The notes under the pieces are model-generated. The model was not told the origin of the DNA. It ran no database searches and saw only the letters and a program-made list of their open reading frames with translations. The translations under genes and the position numbers were made by a program. A DNA stretch of 8,068 bases, from positions 1 through 8,068 of the forward strand of contig NZ_MPKA01000097.1 in the NCBI RefSeq assembly GCF_001945605.1, given 5' to 3'. This DNA is from Dubosiella newyorkensis. GTDB lineage: Bacteria > Bacillota_I > Bacilli_A > Erysipelotrichales > Erysipelotrichaceae. This document shows positions 1 through 5,568 of this stretch, piece by piece (position 1 is the stretch's first letter; the number at the start of each line of letters is the position of its first letter).

Positions 1-3
1 TCC

Positions 4-9
4 TGTCAA
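4..9 (-). promoter_or_regulatory. Fourth TTGACA (-35-like) hexamer of the tandem series. Its -10 would lie beyond the left window edge.
   Basis: The minus strand reads AAAAC TTGACA GGA at 9..4. This is 79 bp downstream of the previous TTGACA at 88..83. It cannot be evaluated further because the window ends. Confidence 0.25.
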
Positions 10-10
10 G

Positions 11-22
11 TTTTCAAAGATC
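11..22 (-). promoter_or_regulatory. boxA-like element, a possible NusB/NusE antitermination site of a stable-RNA leader
   Basis: The minus strand reads GATCTTTGAAAA. It matches the E. coli boxA consensus GCTCTTTAACAA at 9 of 12 positions by my hand alignment. It lies downstream of three tandem promoters. The match is short and recalled from memory, so it is only suggestive. Confidence 0.25.
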
Positions 23-59
23 GTCCCTGCCTTGAAGCTCTCTGCCTCAACGCTCACTC

Positions 60-88
60 ATATTACCATGAATGAACTGTTCTGTCAA
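60..88 (-). promoter_or_regulatory. Sigma-A type promoter (third in the tandem series) with an extended -10
   Basis: The minus strand reads TTGACA (88..83), a 17-nt spacer, then TGgTAATAT (68..60). It is preceded by the A/T-rich stretch CTAAAAATATTCAAAAAATATTGAAAAAAGTG (120..89), which resembles an UP element. It is followed by GAGTGAGCGTTGAGG. Confidence 0.6.
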
Positions 89-159
89 CACTTTTTTCAA
101 TATTTTTTGAATATTTTTAGAGGACAGTTGAAGCGGGTTCTTGGCCTCAAAGCTTGTTT

Positions 160-189
160 ATACTACTCCTCCTGATCCCTTTCCGTCAA
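160..189 (-). promoter_or_regulatory. Sigma-A type promoter (second in the tandem series), the weakest match
   Basis: The minus strand reads TTGACG (189..184), an 18-nt spacer, then TAGTAT (165..160). It is followed by AAACAAGCTTTGAGG, which is homologous to the sequence after the other two -10 boxes. Confidence 0.4.
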
Positions 190-263
190 GAAGAAATTTG
201 ATTTTTTTCTTGTGGATGGATCTATGAAGTTCGTTTGTCCTGCGTCTTTCTCAACGCTTGCTT

Positions 264-292
264 ATCATACTTCTTTTTTAACTATCTGTCAA
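264..292 (-). promoter_or_regulatory. Sigma-A type promoter (first in the tandem series)
   Basis: The minus strand reads TTGACA (292..287), a 17-nt spacer, then TATGAT (269..264). The upstream A/T-rich module CTGTCCTTTAAAAATATTGAAAAG is almost identical to the module upstream of the 60..88 promoter. It is followed by AAGCAAGCGTTGAG. Confidence 0.55.
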
Positions 293-331
293 CTGTTATT
301 TTGATTACTTTTCAATATTTTTAAAGGACAG

Positions 332-358
332 AATAAAAAATCGGAATTCCTTCCGATT
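332..358 (-). terminator. Rho-independent terminator ending the ispF-to-M50 operon
   Basis: The minus strand reads AATCGGAA-GGAA-TTCCGATT, a perfect 8-bp stem (358..351 with 346..339) and a 4-nt loop. TTTTTTATT follows. The structure starts 3 nt after the M50 stop codon (361..363). Confidence 0.85.
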
Positions 359-360
359 CA

Positions 361-1014
361 TTAAAAGCCAAATAAGTGGATTGCAATGTTTGAAAAAAAC
401 TCAATCATTTGATTGCGAAGCATACTGATTGGCCCAGAAATCAATCCGCTCCAAAGCAGTGCAAAAAACAAAAGATTCGTCCACCATGCCCCATTATTGA
501 TTTTATAATAGAGATCATCCGGTAAAAAGCTCCAAAGGATCTTTGCCCCATCAAGAGGAGGAATCGGAAGGAGATTGAAAATCCCAAAACCAATCGACAT
601 TGAAGCCGTCACTGCTAAAATTTGCGATAAAAGCTGACCAATGCTCCCAATGAAAAAAGTTGGAGCGAATCGAATCATTCCATAATAAAGAACTACACAA
701 AGAAAGCTCAGCATAAAATTAGCAAGAGGGCCAGCAAAGCTTGTCCATATGATCCCACTTTTTGGGTCTTTATAATATCGAGAGTCGATGGGTACGGGTT
801 TTGCCCAACCAAATCGAAAAATCAACAAGCTAAACAAGCCTAGCCAATCAATATGCCGAAAAGGATTGAGTGACAATCGTCCAGCCTCTTTTGCGGTTGG
901 ATCTCCTAGCCAATACGAAACGAGTCCATGTGCCATTTCATGAATACTCATGCTCAAAATCACGGCGATCAATAAAATGAAAATAGACTCTAAAGACATC
1001 GAAGAAGTAAACAT
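361..1014 (-). CDS. Site-2 protease family (peptidase M50) integral membrane zinc metalloprotease, small stand-alone form
   Basis: The ORF is 217 aa. The HEMAH (HExxH) motif sits in a hydrophobic segment (codons 928..942). NLLPIPPLDG matches the NxxPxxxLDG signature of M50 proteases. The sequence contains multiple hydrophobic helices. The ATG overlaps the ychF stop by 1 nt (TAATG). Confidence 0.9.
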   Translation of the reverse strand: MFTSSMSLESIFILLIAVILSMSIHEMAHGLVSYWLGDPTAKEAGRLSLNPFRHIDWLGLFSLLIFRFGWAKPVPIDSRYYKDPKSGIIWTSFAGPLANFMLSFLCVVLYYGMIRFAPTFFIGSIGQLLSQILAVTASMSIGFGIFNLLPIPPLDGAKILWSFLPDDLYYKINNGAWWTNLLFFALLWSGLISGPISMLRNQMIEFFSNIAIHLFGF

Positions 1015-2117
1015 TATACATTAAACCTAAAATGCATAACGTCACCATCTTCTACTACATAATCTTTACCTTCTAGGCGAAGTTTACCAGCTTCTTTGAT
1101 TGCATGTTCACTTTCTAATTGATCGATATCATCAAATTTATAGACTTCCGCTCGTATAAATCCCCGTTTAAAGTCTGTATGGATCACTCCTGCACAGTCT
1201 GGCGCTTTCATTCCTTTTTTGAAAGTCCATGCCCTACACTCATCTTCTCCGGCTGTCAAGAAAGTGCATAAGCCTAAAATATGATACGCTTTTTTGATCA
1301 ATCGATCTAAACCCGATTGAGGAAGACCTAATTCTTCTAAAAACAGCGCTTTTTCTTCTTCATCTAAGGAAGATAGTTCTTCTTCCATCTTAGCGCATAG
1401 AGCGACGACTTCGCTATTTTCTTTTTGCGCATATTGTAAGACAGCTTGATAAAAAGCGTTGTTTTCTGGATCCATGACTCCTTCTTCATCCATGTTCGCT
1501 ACATAAATAACAGGCTTCATCGAAAGCAGATTATAGTTTTTTAAAATCAAAGTTTCATCTTCTGTGGTTTCTAAAGAGCGAGCTGGCTGGCCGGACTCGA
1601 GATGTGGTTTTAAGCGATTCAACAATGCCATTTCCATCTTTGATTCCTTGTCATTTGTTGTTTTTGATTTTCTTTCCACTTTCGAAATGCGATTTTCGAT
1701 CGTTTGAAGATCAGCTAGGATCAACTCTAAATTAATGATTTCAATATCGCGGATCGGATCGATCGAAGATTCGACATGCGTGATATTTGGATCTTCAAAA
1801 CAGCGTACGACATGACAGATCGCGTCCGTTAATCGAATATTGCTTAAGAATTGATTCCCTAATCCTTCACCTTTTGAAGCACCTTTTACCAAACCGGCTA
1901 TATCTGTAAATTCGAAAGTCGTATAGATCGTTTTTTTAGGATGAAACAACTCAACCAAACGATCGATACGATGATCTGGCACTTCTACGACTCCAACATT
2001 TGGTTGGATCGTAGCAAAAGGATAATTGGCGGCTTCAACTTGTGATTTTGTGATGGCGTTGAACAATGTCGATTTCCCAACATTTGGTAGTCCAACAATT
2101 CCTGCAGTTAATGACAT
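1014..2117 (-). CDS. ychF: Redox-regulated ATPase YchF (Obg-family P-loop NTPase)
   Basis: The ORF is 367 aa. It has the P-loop GLPNVGKST and the G3-type motif DIAGLVKGAS. NMDE (NxxE) replaces NKxD, as is typical of YchF. The C-terminus has the conserved YchF ending GDVMHFRFNV. The RBS AGGAAGGA lies just upstream of ATG 2115..2117. Confidence 0.97.
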   Translation of the reverse strand: MSLTAGIVGLPNVGKSTLFNAITKSQVEAANYPFATIQPNVGVVEVPDHRIDRLVELFHPKKTIYTTFEFTDIAGLVKGASKGEGLGNQFLSNIRLTDAICHVVRCFEDPNITHVESSIDPIRDIEIINLELILADLQTIENRISKVERKSKTTNDKESKMEMALLNRLKPHLESGQPARSLETTEDETLILKNYNLLSMKPVIYVANMDEEGVMDPENNAFYQAVLQYAQKENSEVVALCAKMEEELSSLDEEEKALFLEELGLPQSGLDRLIKKAYHILGLCTFLTAGEDECRAWTFKKGMKAPDCAGVIHTDFKRGFIRAEVYKFDDIDQLESEHAIKEAGKLRLEGKDYVVEDGDVMHFRFNV

Positions 2118-2148
2118 ATTTTTCCTTCCTATGATTCAAGAAGAGCGT

Positions 2149-2355
2149 CTATTCTTCAACAGACGCTTTCTTAACGATTCGTTTTAACTTTTTTTCAAAT
2201 TTTTGTCGCGGCATCAAAACGCTTGAACCGCAACCTTGACATTTGATTCGAATATCTGCACCCATGCGTATGATCTTCCATTCCTTGGATAAGTGGCATG
2301 GATGTTCTTTTTTCATTTCGATGATATCATTCAGCTCATACTGAATTGGATCCAT
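2149..2355 (-). CDS. Small DUF951-type protein (YyzM-like), function unknown
   Basis: The track ORF is 77 aa from ATG 2382. I prefer the internal ATG 2353..2355 (MDPIQYELNDIIEMKKEHPCH..., 68 aa). It is preceded by GGCGGGAAAGAGAAA, and the N-terminus and length fit the small protein I recall lying next to ychF in Bacillus. The protein has a Cys/His pattern, HPCH...CQGCG. With this start the gene overlaps the folD 3' end by 20 nt. Confidence 0.75.
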   Translation of the reverse strand: MDPIQYELNDIIEMKKEHPCHLSKEWKIIRMGADIRIKCQGCGSSVLMPRQKFEKKLKRIVKKASVEE

Positions 2356-3208
2356 TTTCTCTTTCCCGCCTTTCATATGCATCTAGCGTATTAGATAATA
2401 GCATACAAACTGTCATCGGACCAACTCCTTTTGGAACCGGTGTAAGCACGGAGGCGACTGATTTCACTTGTTCAAAATCGACATCGCCAACTATTTTTCC
2501 ATCTTTACGGTTGATTCCAACATCGATGACTACGGCTCCTTCTTTTACGAATTCTTTCGTAACATAATTTGGTTTACCGATGGCTACGACTAAAATATCG
2601 GCTTCTTTACAAATTTGCTCTGGATCCTTTGTCTTGGAATGTACCGTTGTTACTGTGGCATTCTTGTTTTGCAGCAAAAGAGCGATTGGCTTGCCCACTA
2701 AAATAGAGCGCCCCATCACTACGGCTTTTTTTCCGCTTAGATCCTCCATGCCGATTGAAGAGAGCATCTCCATGATTCCTTTTGGAGTACATGGAACAAA
2801 TCCTTTTTCTTGCAGAAGTAGCTTCCCTGCATTGCTTGGTGTTAAACCATCTACATCTTTTCTTGGATCGATCGCATTGACTGCTTCTTTTTCATTTAAG
2901 TGCTTTGGAAGCGGCAGCTGTACGAGAATACCATCTACATCTTTATCTTCATTACATTTTTGTATTGTATTTATGAGATCTTCTTGGGAAATATCGCCCT
3001 CTAATTGAATAATGGCTACTTCCATCCCAACACTTTTGCAGGCTTTCTCTTTTGAGAGGACATATGATTTGCTCGCTTCATTATCATCGCCAACTAAAAT
3101 AACAGCCAGCATTGGAATCCGTTTCTCTTGGTCTCGCAAAGCATCGATTTTTTTCTTCATACTTTCTTTTAAATGATTCGCTAATGTATTTCCATATAAA
3201 ATTTCCAT
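2336..3208 (-). CDS. folD: Bifunctional 5,10-methylene-tetrahydrofolate dehydrogenase / methenyl-THF cyclohydrolase
   Basis: The ORF is 290 aa. It carries typical FolD motifs: ASKSYVLSKEKA, GILVQLPLP, GRSILVGKP and PVPKGVGPMT. ATG 3206..3208 directly abuts the stop of the downstream dtd frame (TAAATG). The RBS GAGGAG lies inside the dtd 3' end. Confidence 0.97.
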   Translation of the reverse strand: MEILYGNTLANHLKESMKKKIDALRDQEKRIPMLAVILVGDDNEASKSYVLSKEKACKSVGMEVAIIQLEGDISQEDLINTIQKCNEDKDVDGILVQLPLPKHLNEKEAVNAIDPRKDVDGLTPSNAGKLLLQEKGFVPCTPKGIMEMLSSIGMEDLSGKKAVVMGRSILVGKPIALLLQNKNATVTTVHSKTKDPEQICKEADILVVAIGKPNYVTKEFVKEGAVVIDVGINRKDGKIVGDVDFEQVKSVASVLTPVPKGVGPMTVCMLLSNTLDAYERRERENGSNSV

Positions 3209-3654
3209 TTAGAACAACTCCTCGCTATTTAAAACTATCGTGACTGGTCCATCGTTCGTCAATTCGATTTTCATATCTGCTCCAAAAATCCCTGTTTTGG
3301 TCGTCACATATTTTTGGCATTCTAGATTGAATGCTTCATACAGTGGTTTTGAAAGGATCGGCTTAGCCGCTTTTATAAAACTTGGCCGATTTCCTTTTTG
3401 CAGTCCGCATATAGCGTAAACTGTGAAATCGAAAGGATTTCCCCACCTATATCTAGTAAAGAAAGATTCATCTTATCCTCTTGATCTGAAAAAATTCGTA
3501 GGTGGACGATTTTCTTGACCATCTTTTCGATTTCAATTTGGGTATCGTTCGAATCAAATCCAACAAAAACTAAAAGGCCTTTTTTTATCTTTCCAGTATA
3601 TTCTTCATCCACTTGGCATGAGGCGCTCGAAACGCGCTGTATCACCGCGATCAT
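3209..3654 (-). pseudogene. dtd: D-aminoacyl-tRNA deacylase split by a 1-nt frameshift in an A5 run
   Basis: ORF 3373..3654 (93 aa) matches the Dtd N-terminus through [11 protein letters not shown] and then ends as EIGQVL*. Reading from 3394 downward in the -1 frame gives [61 protein letters not shown]. This contains the Dtd C-terminal hallmarks GxFGADM and NDGPVT and stops at 3209..3211. The break is at the T5 run 3395..3399 (A5 on the coding strand). One extra A would restore a 148-aa protein. Confidence 0.85.
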
Positions 3655-4127
3655 TTATTTTCCTCCAATAGGCAAACGCTCATCGCGACAATGCCTTCTT
3701 TTCTGCCTACAAAGCCTAGTTTCTCTCCGCGGGTTGCTTTGATCGAAATGGCTTCGGTAGAGCATTCTAAAGCGTTTGCGATGTTGATTCGCATCTGTTC
3801 GATATAGGGGGCCATCTTAGGCTTTTCGGCTAAAATCGTAGCATCGATATTACCAATCCTATATTGGTGTCTAAACATTTTCTTTTTGACTTCCTCTAAA
3901 AGCAGAATACTCGATATTCCTCTATATCTAGGGTCCGTATCAGGAAAATGGGAACCTAGATCCCCTAAAGCTAAGGCGCCTAAGATGCATTCTGAAATGG
4001 TGTGAACTAAAACATCGGCATCTGAGTGCCCATCTAGACCATATTCATAAGGGATTTTTACACCTCCTAGAATAAGGTCCCTTCCTTCTTTTAAAGGGTG
4101 TATATCTATTGATTGTCCTATCCTCAT
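3651..4127 (-). CDS. ispF: 2-C-methyl-D-erythritol 2,4-cyclodiphosphate synthase (MEP pathway)
   Basis: The ORF is 158 aa. It has the IspF metal and substrate motifs [18 protein letters not shown] and [12 protein letters not shown]. The RBS GAGG lies 6 nt before ATG 4125..4127. The TGA stop overlaps the dtd ATG (ATGA). Confidence 0.95.
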   Translation of the reverse strand: MRIGQSIDIHPLKEGRDLILGGVKIPYEYGLDGHSDADVLVHTISECILGALALGDLGSHFPDTDPRYRGISSILLLEEVKKKMFRHQYRIGNIDATILAEKPKMAPYIEQMRINIANALECSTEAISIKATRGEKLGFVGRKEGIVAMSVCLLEENK

Positions 4128-4150
4128 GTTCTACCTCATCAAACATTATC

Positions 4151-4159
4151 ATTATAACA
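4151..4159 (-). promoter_or_regulatory. Extended -10 promoter element for the ispF operon
   Basis: The minus strand reads TGtTATAAT (4159..4151), 23 nt upstream of the ispF ATG and immediately downstream of the hydrolase terminator. No good -35 is present (AAGCTT sits at 17-nt spacing), which extended -10 promoters tolerate. Confidence 0.5.
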
Positions 4160-4166
4160 TTCAAGC

Positions 4167-4197
4167 AAAAAAAAAGCTTGACTAAATAGCCAAGCTT
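4167..4197 (-). terminator. Rho-independent terminator after the hydrolase gene
   Basis: The minus strand reads AAGCTTG-gctatttagt-CAAGCTT, a 7-bp stem (4197..4191 with 4180..4174) and a 10-nt loop. It runs into a T9 tract (4175..4167). The 5' arm overlaps the TAA stop at 4196..4198. Confidence 0.75.
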
Positions 4198-5353
4198 ATC
4201 TTTGTACTTGAATATATTGAGGAAGACCAAAGTTTTCTAGATAGGCTCCCGCAATGACTGTTTGCCCTTCATAGTTTCCATGAACGGCTTGTCCATCGCC
4301 GATATAGATCGCGATATGATCGACTCCTCGTCCACCGTTGTTATAGTAAATCAAATTTCCGGCTTGAGGGGTATCCGTATAATATCCATATTGGTCAGCA
4401 TATTGATCAGGCCATAATTGATAAGCATCGCTCACACCTGCACCCGCTAACGCTTGTTGTACAACTTGTGTACACCATTGTCCATCTGTTACGCCTACCA
4501 ATTGCTTAGCACTTTCCGCAATACTTGCATTTAAATCTGCATACGGATTCGAAGGTGTCTCTTCTACAACTGGAGGAGTCACTTCTTCTGGCGCAGGAGC
4601 TGGTGTTTCTTCTACAACTGGAGGAATCACTTCTTCTGGCGCTGGAGCCGGTGTTTCTTCTACAACTGGAGGAGTCGCTTCTTCTGGCGCTGGAGCAGGT
4701 GTCTCTTCTCCAACTGGAGGAGTCACTTCTTCTGGCGCTGGAGCTGGCGTTTCTTCTACAACTGGAGGAGTCAATTCTTCTGGCGCTGGAGCTGGCGTTT
4801 CTTCTACAACTGGTGTAGGAGCTAAAATAACTTCATTCGTTGTAGTTTCTTCAACAGGAGTCGTTTGTGTGTTCGCTTCTTCTGCTGGTGTAATTGGGGA
4901 AATTACCTCTGCTGGTTGTTGTGTTTCCACAACGGGAGCTGTTTCAACGACTGGTGCTGCTTCCACTTCTTGAACTGGATCCACATTCTCAACAGGAAGG
5001 GCCGAGGCCACTTCAGCTGGGGCTGCCACTTTCGACGCTTCATCTTCTACAGCTGATTTACTAACTTCTGTTACTGTTTCTTTCACATTTCCAACAATAT
5101 TGGAAGAAACACTAGCAGCAACTGCTTTTTCAGTTGTATCTTCATCGACAGTTCCATCTTCTTCAGAAAAATAGTAATTTTTTCCTTCGATTTCTTGCCA
5201 ACCTTTTGCAACTGTAGTGTCCGAATTGATATATTTGTCTCCATGCCAACCTGGTTGAGTTTCCATCGCATAAACTGTAGCAACTACTGGAAAACAGGAT
5301 GCTACACATAAGACAGCAGCAACTTTTTTACCATTATTTTCTATGAAATTCAT
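4196..5353 (-). CDS. Secreted or surface NlpC/P60-superfamily (C40-like) putative peptidoglycan hydrolase with a cell-wall-binding repeat and a Pro/Glu/Thr/Val-rich tandem-repeat linker
   Basis: The ORF is 385 aa, with a strong RBS (GGGGAGG) before ATG 5351..5353. The N-terminal signal sequence is MNFIENNGKKVAAVLCVASCFPVVATVYA. This fits either a type I cleavage after VYA or a lipobox-like VASC. GWHGDKYINSDTTVAKGWQEIEGKNYYFSEEDGTV resembles choline/cell-wall-binding (CW_binding_1) repeats. Residues ~178-267 are 16-aa repeats, TPPVVEETPAPAPEEV. The C-terminal ~115 aa carry Cys294 (GQWCTQVV, codon 4472..4474). They also carry DHIAIYIGDGQAVHG, with His346 (4316..4318) and His358 spaced as in the NlpC/P60 Cys-His-His triad. 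Confidence 0.85.
   Translation of the reverse strand: MNFIENNGKKVAAVLCVASCFPVVATVYAMETQPGWHGDKYINSDTTVAKGWQEIEGKNYYFSEEDGTVDEDTTEKAVAASVSSNIVGNVKETVTEVSKSAVEDEASKVAAPAEVASALPVENVDPVQEVEAAPVVETAPVVETQQPAEVISPITPAEEANTQTTPVEETTTNEVILAPTPVVEETPAPAPEELTPPVVEETPAPAPEEVTPPVGEETPAPAPEEATPPVVEETPAPAPEEVIPPVVEETPAPAPEEVTPPVVEETPSNPYADLNASIAESAKQLVGVTDGQWCTQVVQQALAGAGVSDAYQLWPDQYADQYGYYTDTPQAGNLIYYNNGGRGVDHIAIYIGDGQAVHGNYEGQTVIAGAYLENFGLPQYIQVQR
4554..4823. repeat. Direct tandem repeat with a 48-bp period and about 5.4 copies, in frame inside the hydrolase gene
   Basis: The units are 4554..4601, 4602..4649, 4650..4697, 4698..4745 and 4746..4793, plus a partial unit from 4794 to about 4813. The plus-strand consensus is ggtgtttcttctacaactggaggagtcacttcttctggcgctggagct, with only a few substitutions per unit. 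Each unit is itself two diverged 24-bp halves (the 8-aa motifs xPxxxEEx). Confidence 0.95.
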
Positions 5354-5396
5354 TACTTACCTCCCCTTTTTTCCGAATAGCTTAAAATTCATACTT

Positions 5397-5425
5397 AGAA
5401 TATCATGATTGAAGGGTGATTTCAA
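5397..5425 (-). promoter_or_regulatory. Candidate sigma-A promoter for the hydrolase gene
   Basis: The minus strand reads TTGAAA (5425..5420), a 17-nt spacer ending in TGa, then TATTCT (5402..5397), about 43 nt upstream of the ATG. A second, weaker candidate lies further upstream, TTGTTC-17-TATAGT with its -10 at about 5479..5484. Confidence 0.4.
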
Positions 5426-5515
5426 ACCTTTTTTTAACTTCGGTAAAATTTTGTAGCTTCAACACGATAACGTAATGATAAACTATATTGTACTAACATG
5501 TAAAGAACAATACTC

Positions 5516-5552
5516 AAAAAAAAGAGCCTGCATTGAAAATTATGCAGACTCT
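5516..5552 (-). terminator. Rho-independent terminator after tpiA
   Basis: The minus-strand RNA forms AGAGUCUGCAU-AAUUUUCA-AUGCAGGCUCU. This is an 11-bp stem with one G-U pair (5552..5542 with 5533..5523) and an 8-nt loop, followed by a U7-8 tract (5522..5516). It begins 17 nt after the tpiA stop. Confidence 0.9.
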
Positions 5553-5568
5553 TTTAATGGTTTTTTAA

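Noticed and set aside
1-330. Whether the roughly 100-bp periodic TGTCAA-containing units are a mobile element remnant, a CRISPR-like array or a small protein or RNA gene
   Set aside because: Conservation is limited to promoter-like hexamers, the A/T-rich upstream modules and about 10 nt after the -10 boxes. There are no terminal inverted repeats, no ORF above about 10 codons with an RBS, and no tRNA-like T-loop (GGTTCGAATCC-type) sequence. The tandem promoter interpretation explains the pattern better.
2143-2167. Hairpin AGCGTCT-(10 nt)-AGACGCT spanning the DUF951 stop codon, just upstream of ychF
   Set aside because: The stem is 7 bp with a large loop, and no U-tract follows (CTTCTTGAATC). 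It is therefore not a convincing intrinsic terminator. It could be a minor mRNA structure, but I have no support for a function.
2356-2382. The longer 77-aa start (ATG 2380..2382) for the DUF951 ORF
   Set aside because: The extra nine residues (MHMKGGKEK) look like translation of the RBS region for the internal ATG at 2355. The longer form would overlap folD by 47 nt. The shorter form matches the expected N-terminus of the family.
2346-3008. Plus-strand ORFs 2346..2567 (73 aa) and 2580..3008 (142 aa)
   Set aside because: They lie entirely antisense to folD, whose identity is unambiguous. Their products are Ser/Thr/Phe-rich low-complexity translations with no RBS or recognisable motif, which is typical of shadow ORFs.
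3388-3402. Programmed -1 ribosomal frameshifting or transcriptional slippage as the explanation for the dtd break (and the rlmH break at 7972..7981)
   Set aside because: The dtd site is C-AAA-AAG, not a full X-XXY-YYZ heptamer such as A-AAA-AAG. No obvious downstream stimulatory hairpin or upstream SD-like stimulator was seen. The rlmH run is in a different codon phase. A5 is shorter than the runs (about 9 or more) known to give efficient transcriptional slippage. It is kept only as a low-probability alternative in the findings.
4554-4823. Whether the regular 48-bp repeats could be a CRISPR array
   Set aside because: The units are directly adjacent with no unique spacers. They are in frame inside a long ORF and encode a coherent 16-aa peptide repeat. 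No cas genes are present.
4525-5056. Plus-strand ORFs 4525..4818 (repetitive LLQLEESLLLA...) and 4865..5056
   Set aside because: They are artefacts of the stop-free antisense frame of the 48-bp repeat and the low-complexity region of the hydrolase gene.
2607-5283. Minus-strand alternative-frame ORFs 2607..2792, 4045..4230 and 5083..5283, plus plus-strand ORF 3515..3742
   Set aside because: Each is out of frame within, or straddles, a well-supported gene (folD, the ispF start plus terminator, the hydrolase, and dtd/ispF). None has an RBS or similarity to anything I recognise.
5434-5499. 21-codon minus-strand ORF (MLVQYSLSLRYRVEATKFYRS) in the tpiA-hydrolase intergenic region
   Set aside because: It has no Shine-Dalgarno sequence upstream (TTGTTCTTTAC-ATG) and is too short to assess. 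It lies in the A/T-rich promoter region. I also looked here for a c-di-AMP (ydaO-type) riboswitch, which often precedes cell-wall hydrolase genes, but saw none of its conserved GC-rich cores.
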